DNA of 64,000 nt, taken from NCBI GenBank assembly GCA_009838735.1, contig VXQZ01000041.1, positions 36,348-100,347 of the forward strand, written 5' to 3'. The DNA comes from Chloroflexota bacterium. GTDB taxonomy: Bacteria > Chloroflexota > Dehalococcoidia > Bin125. Positions 57,570 through 64,000 of the stretch are shown here, one piece after another; the stretch's first letter is position 1, and each line of letters begins with the position of its first letter. The translations under genes were made by a program, and so were the position numbers. The notes under the pieces were generated by a model. The model saw nothing but the letters and a program-made list of their open reading frames with translations. It was not told the origin of the DNA and made no database searches.

Positions 57570-58594
57570 CCAGCGCGCAGCAGCCGGCCCTCCTTCATTC
57601 CGCAGGCAGCATTCCGACCGAACACCGGATGCGCCGCCTGCGCCGCTCGGACGGCCTGCGCCGCATGGTGCGCGAGACTCGTCTGTCACCGTCGGATTTC
57701 ATTTATCCGGTCTTTGTCACCGTGGGACGGGACGTGCGAGAGCCGATTCCCTCAATGCCCGGACAATCCCGCTTGTCCGTCGACCAGCTCGCACAGGAAG
57801 CAGCCGAACTGCGCTCGCTCGATATCCCGGCAATCCTGCTGTTCGGCCTTCCAGAGTCGAAGGACGCCGAAGGCAGCGGGGCCTGGATTCGCGACGGAAT
57901 CGTTCAACAGGCGACTCGCGCGCTCAAGGACGCTCAACCCGACCTGATCGTCGTGACCGACGTCTGCCTCTGCGAATACACCGATCACGGCCATTGCGGC
58001 GTGCTGGCCGACGACGGTTCGGTGATCAACGACGCATCTGTCGAACTTCTGGCTCAGACGGCTTTGAGTCAGGCCGAGGCCGGTGCCGACGTGATCGCGC
58101 CATCGGACATGATGGACGGGCGGATCGGCGTCATCAGGCAGGCGCTCGATCAGGGTGGATTCGACGATCGCACGCTGCTCGCCTACTCGGCCAAGTTCGC
58201 CTCGGCCTTTTACGGTCCATTCCGCGACGCCGCCGACTCGGCCCCGCAGTTTGGAGATCGCCGCGCCTACCAGATGGATCCACCCAACGGACGCGAAGCG
58301 ATGCGCGCGATCGAGCGCGACCTCGCCGAGGGCGCTGACATGGTCATGGTGAAGCCTGCCTTGGCCTATCTCGATCTGGTACGCGAGGCGCGCCAGCGAT
58401 TCGACGTGCCGCTGGCCGCCTACAACGTCAGCGGCGAGTACGCGATGCTCAAAGCGGCGGCCGGCAACGGCTGGATCGACGAAGAGCGCGTTGTCCTCGA
58501 GACCTTGACCGGCATCAAGCGGGCCGGCGCCGATCTGATTCTGACCTATCACGCCAAGGAGGCCTCGCGCTGGCTCGCTCGCCAGGGCAGTTGA
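57566..58594 (+). CDS. hemB: Porphobilinogen synthase
   Basis: RMRRLR, DVCLCEYTDHGHCG, PSDMMDG, MVKP, YNVSGEY. Confidence 0.97.
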   Translation: MTSAQQPALLHSAGSIPTEHRMRRLRRSDGLRRMVRETRLSPSDFIYPVFVTVGRDVREPIPSMPGQSRLSVDQLAQEAAELRSLDIPAILLFGLPESKDAEGSGAWIRDGIVQQATRALKDAQPDLIVVTDVCLCEYTDHGHCGVLADDGSVINDASVELLAQTALSQAEAGADVIAPSDMMDGRIGVIRQALDQGGFDDRTLLAYSAKFASAFYGPFRDAADSAPQFGDRRAYQMDPPNGREAMRAIERDLAEGADMVMVKPALAYLDLVREARQRFDVPLAAYNVSGEYAMLKAAAGNGWIDEERVVLETLTGIKRAGADLILTYHAKEASRWLARQGS

Positions 58595-58668
58595 GGCGTG
58601 GCGCTCCGGGCGGGCACACAGCAACATCGCCCGACGCAGAGTGAAGCCAGCGAACCACAGGGGGTGGC

Positions 58669-59493
58669 ATGACCGAATCGAGCACCGAGACGCCCGCGCA
58701 ACCGACCAGCGAGCCCGCTCCGCCGGCGGTCGGATCCGAACAGGCCGTCCACACCGTTCGGGCGGTCGCCTTCGACTGTTACGGCACGCTGTTGCAGCTC
58801 GAGGAGCGGCAGTTTGCCTCGTTGATCCAGGACATGCTGCATCGACACGGCGTCGATCACGCCACCGGCGAGGACGTCTGGGAGGCATGGCTGGAGGCGT
58901 CGCGCGAGATGTCGAAACGCGAAGGCCGCAACCCTGAGCGACCGCTGGAAGGTCCTGAGCCACCCTTCCGGCCCTTCTCGGAGACCTGGCCGTTTTTTTT
59001 CGGCGAGGCGTTCAAACATCACTCGGTCGAGACGATTCCGCCGACCACGGCGTTCCAGCACCTGTGGGATGAGCTCTCGGTCGCGCCTGCGTATCCGGAG
59101 GTCTCGCACGTGTTCGCCGAGCTCCAGGATCGCGGCTACCGCATCGCGATCGGCAGCAACGCCGACGACGACCACCTTGAGCACGCGCTGGAGAAAGCCG
59201 GCATCGAGGTCGAGATGGTGCTCTCTTCAGAAGAAGCGCAGTCTTACAAACCGCGCAAGCCCTTCTTCGATCAGCTCTGCGAGCGGCTCGAACTCGAACC
59301 GTGCGAGGTGCTCTACGTCGGCGATAGTCCATGGGCCGACGTCACTGGAGCCAACCACGCCGGTCTGCCCGTGTATTGGGTCTCCCGCTATCCCGATCCT
59401 GACCGCGAACAGATGATGCGGTCACATCCCACCTGGAGCGGCCCGGACCTGACCGGGATTCTCAATGCGCTTCCCGATCGTGCGCCGGCTTGA
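58669..59493 (+). CDS. HAD family hydrolase
   Basis: FDCYGTL, GSNAD, YKP, YVGDSPWADV. Confidence 0.9.
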   Translation: MTESSTETPAQPTSEPAPPAVGSEQAVHTVRAVAFDCYGTLLQLEERQFASLIQDMLHRHGVDHATGEDVWEAWLEASREMSKREGRNPERPLEGPEPPFRPFSETWPFFFGEAFKHHSVETIPPTTAFQHLWDELSVAPAYPEVSHVFAELQDRGYRIAIGSNADDDHLEHALEKAGIEVEMVLSSEEAQSYKPRKPFFDQLCERLELEPCEVLYVGDSPWADVTGANHAGLPVYWVSRYPDPDREQMMRSHPTWSGPDLTGILNALPDRAPA

Positions 59494-59525
59494 CGACGCC
59501 TCGGTCGTCGCTACGCCCAGGCGGA

Positions 59526-59620
59526 TATTCCACAGTGTGTCAACCGGCCATCAACAACGTGCCGTTGCTGTCTCTCCATCAGATACAATATGCACATATC
59601 GATAACCTAAGTGATCAATA
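59526..59620. promoter_or_regulatory. AT-rich region with degenerate DnaA boxes upstream of dnaN
   Basis: TATTCCACA (59526) and ATATGCACA (59588) each 1 mismatch to TTWTNCACA; two 2-mismatch boxes on the minus strand. Confidence 0.4.
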
Positions 59621-59659
59621 CTTGGGGTTACGTTCGGAAGTCGAATCGGGAGCGGCGCG

Positions 59660-60808
59660 ATGCGTATCCAGACATCACAGGCGGCTCTGCAGCATGGGCT
59701 GAACGTCGTCTCGCGGGCAGTGGCTGCGCGGCATTCACTCGATCAACTAAGACATGTCCACCTCGAGGCTGACGATGACGGCGTTCGGCTGACCGCGACC
59801 GATACCGAGATCGCAATGATTTGCAGCATTGACGCCGTCATCTCCGAGCCGGGCGCCATCACCGTTCCACATCGCTTCATCAATGACCTGGTGGCCGCGT
59901 TGTCGTCGGCCGAAATCACGATCGAAGTGGCCGAGAATTCCCTTGTCGCCCAGATTCGAGCCTCCGACGCCAATGAGTCGTCGATTCACGGGATGTCGTC
60001 GACGAGCTACCCCAACATTCCGGGAATCGGCGAGGGCGACTGGATCAAGATCGTTGCCCGCGATTTGCGCGAGGCGCTGCGCCATGTCGTCTTCGCGGCG
60101 GCGACCGATGACGGCCGGCCGGTCCTGACCGGTGTGCATTTCCGCTTCGAGGGCGACAAGATGACCCTTGCCGCTGCCGACGGCTTCCGGCTTGCCGTCT
60201 ACGAAATGAACGTTGCCTCGGAACTGGACGATCGGTTGGAAATTACGGTGCCGGCCCGGGCCCTGACCGAGCTAGAACGGCTCCTGACCGATGATGACTC
60301 GGCAGTCGAGATGTACATCCATGCCGACCGTACCTACGTCCGCTTCCACGTGCGCTCGGTGCAGATGACCGCGCAGCTGATCCAGGGGAACTATCCGAGT
60401 TACGACCAGCTGATTCCCTCCGAGTACCAGACGCGGGCGATCCTGCCCGGCTCGGTTCTCCAGGGAGGCGTCCGCTCGGCTGCCGTCTTCGCCCGCGAGT
60501 CGAGCGGCATCATCCGGCTCATCTTCAGCGGCGAAGGCTCCGACCAGAACATCACCTTGACCGCCCGAGCCGAAGAACTGGGCAACCACCGCGGCCGTGT
60601 CGATGCGGTGATTGAAGGAGAAAACTCGCGGATCGCCTACAACGTGCGTTATCTCCAGGATGTCCTCCAGATCGCCAGTGGCGCCTCGTCGGCCGAGATT
60701 GCGATGGAAACCAGCGGACCGAGCAACCCCGGCGTCTTCCGCGTAGTCGGACGCGACAACTACGTGCACGTGCTCATGCCAATGTTTGTGCAGTGGGAAG
60801 ACGCGTAG
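59660..60808 (+). CDS. dnaN: DNA polymerase III beta sliding clamp
   Basis: LTATDTEI, FAAATDDGRPVLTGV, AADGFRLA, GNYPSY, YNVRYL, VLMPM. Confidence 0.96.
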   Translation: MRIQTSQAALQHGLNVVSRAVAARHSLDQLRHVHLEADDDGVRLTATDTEIAMICSIDAVISEPGAITVPHRFINDLVAALSSAEITIEVAENSLVAQIRASDANESSIHGMSSTSYPNIPGIGEGDWIKIVARDLREALRHVVFAAATDDGRPVLTGVHFRFEGDKMTLAAADGFRLAVYEMNVASELDDRLEITVPARALTELERLLTDDDSAVEMYIHADRTYVRFHVRSVQMTAQLIQGNYPSYDQLIPSEYQTRAILPGSVLQGGVRSAAVFARESSGIIRLIFSGEGSDQNITLTARAEELGNHRGRVDAVIEGENSRIAYNVRYLQDVLQIASGASSAEIAMETSGPSNPGVFRVVGRDNYVHVLMPMFVQWEDA

Positions 60809-60835
60809 CTCGGCGCACATGCGCCCGGGTGCATC

Positions 60836-61096
60836 GTGGCTGAATGGGAAATCAAGGCAGTCGGACGCGACCGCGTCGGCAACTCGCTCACATTCTGTGG
60901 CGACGAACCGTTCAACTGGAAGGTCTGGATTCTCGACCTGGTCGACGATATTGAAGGCAGTCGCCACAGTTATTTCGTCAGTGGCCGCCGCGGCGAACGA
61001 GTCGAGGTGATCGTGGCGGTCGAGGCGCACGGCAAGATCGTGCGCACACATCCGGACGCTGGAGACGACCTGCTGGCGCAGTTGCCTCGCTGTTAG
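60836..61096 (+). CDS. Small hypothetical protein, DUF3892-like
   Basis: IE...SYFV...V.V....VRT.PD...DLLAQLPRC pattern recalled for that family. Confidence 0.5.
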   Translation: MAEWEIKAVGRDRVGNSLTFCGDEPFNWKVWILDLVDDIEGSRHSYFVSGRRGERVEVIVAVEAHGKIVRTHPDAGDDLLAQLPRC

Positions 61097-61113
61097 ATGA
61101 GAGCCGCAACGGC

Positions 61114-64000
61114 ATGTCTCTGACGGTTTCCGCTCATTCCTACGGCCGCGACGCGGAACGCGCCCTCATCGAAGCCATCGACCGGTTGAAGACAGAGTCC
61201 GGTCGGCCTGATCCGCTCGCGCCGGTCACCGTAATCGTTCCCACGTCGCTTGCCGGTTATCACATCCGACGCCTTCTCGGTCGTCGTCCTGGCGGCGTTG
61301 TCAACGTCCAGGTCAAGCCCTTGCGAGCGTTGCTTGAGTTGATTGGCTCCGCGTCACTGGCCAATTCGGGACGCCGGCCGATGCCGGAAGCCCTTCGGGC
61401 CGAAACGATTCGCGAAGTTGCCCGCGCCGGCCCTCCGGCCTTTGGCGACGTACCGATCGATGGGCCGCTGCTGCAACACCTGGTGCAGCGATTCGACGAG
61501 TTCGATGAGCTTGATCGGTCGCAGCTCGACGTCATCGCGGCGCAATCCGGGCTGCCGGCTTATCTGGCGGGACTGTACGACGCCTTTCTGGAACGGACTC
61601 GGGACTTCTACACGAATCGCGATCTGGCAAACTCGGCGACCCAGGCGCTGGGACGAGAACTCGTCGTGCTACGCGATATCGGTTCGGTCGTTGTCTATCT
61701 GCCTGGCCAACTCAACCCCTCTCAACAAGAATTCCTGAAAGAACTGGCGGTTCAAACCAGGGTCGAGATGCTCATCGGCCTGACCGGAGACCGAGAGACG
61801 GTCGACGAACACTCCTTGGCAGCCTGGAATCACGATGCCGTCTCCGAACCGGGAGAGGTTCCGTCGGCTCAACGGATCGTGCAGTCTCCAGATGCGGAAG
61901 AAGAGGTCCGTTCGGCGATTCGCGAGATCGCAGCATCACTCATTGCCGCAGAGCCGACGCCGTTACATCGGACGGCAATCCTCTACCGCCAGAACGTGCC
62001 GTACCACCGAGTCTGTGCCGAACAGCTCGACGCTGCTGGTATCACCTGGAACGGACGCAATGCCCAAACATTGGGGCAGTCGATTGCCGGGCGGACATTG
62101 AGCGGGCTGATTGGGCTCATGTCAGAGCCGACGCTGAGTTGGGCAAATGACGTCGCGCCCTGGTTGGCTGCAGCGCCGGTGCGCGATCTCAACGGTGAAC
62201 TGGCCCCGGTGGCGCGCTGGAATCAACTCGCGCGCCGGGCGAATCTCCATCGCCATCCCCAGGATTGGCAAGTCCGGCTCAGTCGGTATCGCGCCACCTG
62301 CGAGGTCGACCTGGAGCGCCTCAGGCGCGTCGGCGACGAGACGAAGCCGGGACGATTGCCCTGGGTCGAAGCAGAGATCCGGGAGCTGGAAGACCTCTCC
62401 GACTTCGCCGCACAGCTGGCGCGGTTCGCAGTGGAGACCCCGGAGCGCGCCAGTTGGTCGACATATGCCAGCCGCGTGCAAGGCCAGTTGCGGCTCTTGC
62501 TTGGTGATCGCAGCGGGTTTGCCGTCCAGATGTCGGACGAAGATGATGTCGAACTTGCGCGCTGGGACGATGTCCAGCAGCTCTTGACCGAGCTCTCCTG
62601 GCTCGACGATCTCGAGGACGCGACGCCGGATCGATTCGCATCAGCCGCTCGACGAGGATTGCAACGGCCGACCGGTCACCATCGTCGATTCGGGGACGGT
62701 GTGTATGTCGGGCCGTTGAGTTCTGCCGTCGGATTGCAGTGGGACGTCGTGTACATCCTCGGCGCTGCCGAGAAGTCGCTGCCGCAGCCACGTTCTGACG
62801 ATCCACTGCTTTCAGAGCGACTCCGCGTCAGCGCGGCGTTGCCTGTCGCCGCCGACCAGTTGCGCCGTGAGCGGGCCGATTACCTCATCGCGCTGCACTC
62901 AGCCGATCGGCGAGTGCTCAGCTATCCGCGAGCAGACATGCGGGCGCAACAGGCGAGGTTGCCGGGCAGATGGCTGCTGGAGTCGGCGACGGAGTTGAAC
63001 GCCGGCGAACGCATCTACGCCTCCAAGATCGATCGGGCGCCTTCCCGTGTAGTGTCCGCTATTCCCTCGTTCGAGGGCGCGCTGCTCGGATCGGAGACGC
63101 CGGCCGACCTTCACGAGTTCGACCTGAGGCGCATTCGCCTTGCTCCACAACCGTTGAATCACTACCTCGCCCGCGAAATCCAATCGCTCGGTCGGGGGTT
63201 GATCCAGCGCCGTGAACGCTGGCGGCCCCTGCTCACGCGATGGGACGGCCTGATAGCCGAGGGCGCCGCCGCCGCAGTCGGCGTGCCGCATTCTGCCGGA
63301 GCGTTGCAGGACTGGGCCACCTGTCCCTATCGCTACTTCCTGGGGCGCGTCCTCCGGATCGAAGAACGCGACGACGCGCGCGACGAGCTGCAGATCTCAG
63401 CCCTCGACAAGGGCTCACTAATGCATGACATTCTGGACCAGTTCTTCCGACAGACTGAATCTCACCCGAGTCCAGGGGAACGCTGGCCGCGTAGCGAACG
63501 CCAACGACTCGAGACGATCGCAATCGAGATGCTCGACGAAGCCAGGCAACGCGGATTGACCGGCCGCGATCTGCTCTGGCGCCGGGACCGCCAGGAAATC
63601 CTCAACGACCTGGAGACGTTGCTCGCTCGCGACGACGAGCATCGGGCCCGTGAACACACGCGTCAGGTCGCCAGTGAGCTCGCTTTTGGCCGCTTGCCCG
63701 ACAGCCAGGCTGAAGTCCAACTCGTCCTGGTCGAAGGAGGTTTGCTTCAGCTCAGAGGCATGATCGATCGCGTTGACCAGTCGACGACCGATGGTCGATT
63801 CATTGTGATCGACTACAAGACCGGCCGAGAGTTTCCCACCGCGGGCGAACTGAGACAGGACCCGCTGGTCGGCGGCCGAGTTCTGCAGTTGCCGGTGTAC
63901 GCGCTGGCGGCCCGTCAGGTCTACGACCTCGATCCGACCGCGACGGTCAGTTCCGCCTACTGGTTCATCACCGACCGTGCCGGATTCAAGTACAACCGTG
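61114..64000 (+). CDS. AddB/RexB-like helicase-nuclease subunit with PD-(D/E)XK domain (runs off the window)
   Basis: Not in the ORF track. DPLAPVTVIVPT, ATCPYRYFL, KGSLMHDIL, RGMIDRVD...IDYKTG, LQLPVY. Confidence 0.88.
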   Translation, partial: MSLTVSAHSYGRDAERALIEAIDRLKTESGRPDPLAPVTVIVPTSLAGYHIRRLLGRRPGGVVNVQVKPLRALLELIGSASLANSGRRPMPEALRAETIREVARAGPPAFGDVPIDGPLLQHLVQRFDEFDELDRSQLDVIAAQSGLPAYLAGLYDAFLERTRDFYTNRDLANSATQALGRELVVLRDIGSVVVYLPGQLNPSQQEFLKELAVQTRVEMLIGLTGDRETVDEHSLAAWNHDAVSEPGEVPSAQRIVQSPDAEEEVRSAIREIAASLIAAEPTPLHRTAILYRQNVPYHRVCAEQLDAAGITWNGRNAQTLGQSIAGRTLSGLIGLMSEPTLSWANDVAPWLAAAPVRDLNGELAPVARWNQLARRANLHRHPQDWQVRLSRYRATCEVDLERLRRVGDETKPGRLPWVEAEIRELEDLSDFAAQLARFAVETPERASWSTYASRVQGQLRLLLGDRSGFAVQMSDEDDVELARWDDVQQLLTELSWLDDLEDATPDRFASAARRGLQRPTGHHRRFGDGVYVGPLSSAVGLQWDVVYILGAAEKSLPQPRSDDPLLSERLRVSAALPVAADQLRRERADYLIALHSADRRVLSYPRADMRAQQARLPGRWLLESATELNAGERIYASKIDRAPSRVVSAIPSFEGALLGSETPADLHEFDLRRIRLAPQPLNHYLAREIQSLGRGLIQRRERWRPLLTRWDGLIAEGAAAAVGVPHSAGALQDWATCPYRYFLGRVLRIEERDDARDELQISALDKGSLMHDILDQFFRQTESHPSPGERWPRSERQRLETIAIEMLDEARQRGLTGRDLLWRRDRQEILNDLETLLARDDEHRAREHTRQVASELAFGRLPDSQAEVQLVLVEGGLLQLRGMIDRVDQSTTDGRFIVIDYKTGREFPTAGELRQDPLVGGRVLQLPVYALAARQVYDLDPTATVSSAYWFITDRAGFKYNR

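Overview
High-GC bacterial chromosome segment. Gene content (LLM monooxygenases, fused CaiB CoA-transferase, crotonases, EthD, ThuA, dnaN without adjacent dnaA, AddB-like nuclease) suggests Chloroflexota, possibly Dehalococcoidia/SAR202-like and host- or sponge-associated; that placement is inference only. Left to right: ribD (partial), anti-sigma/ECF sigma, fba, catabolic enzymes, tRNA-Lys(UUU) followed by a small integrase-less defence island (HEPN-motif protein plus MvaI/BcnI-type Type II R-M), a Cys-tailed flavin oxidoreductase, APH kinase, an ERG24/ERG4-like sterol reductase, a long acyl-CoA/carboxylase catabolic region, pyrE-lepB, sirC-hemC-cobA/hemD-hemB, dnaN and a partial AddB-like gene. 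Highlights: (1) a selenoprotein split by the ORF track (41226-42395; in-frame UGA giving UxxC, SECIS-like hairpin), PrdB/GrdB-like with no reductase partners; (2) three dispersed non-coding elements built of 10-bp-phased repeat triads that share motifs and whose orientation follows an apparent GC-skew flip; (3) a HEPN protein paired with an R-M system at tRNA-Lys; (4) a Cys-rich alternative reading frame after the oxidoreductase; (5) an ECF promoter in a detached sigma-factor tail. All functional calls come from motif recognition by eye; no searches were run.
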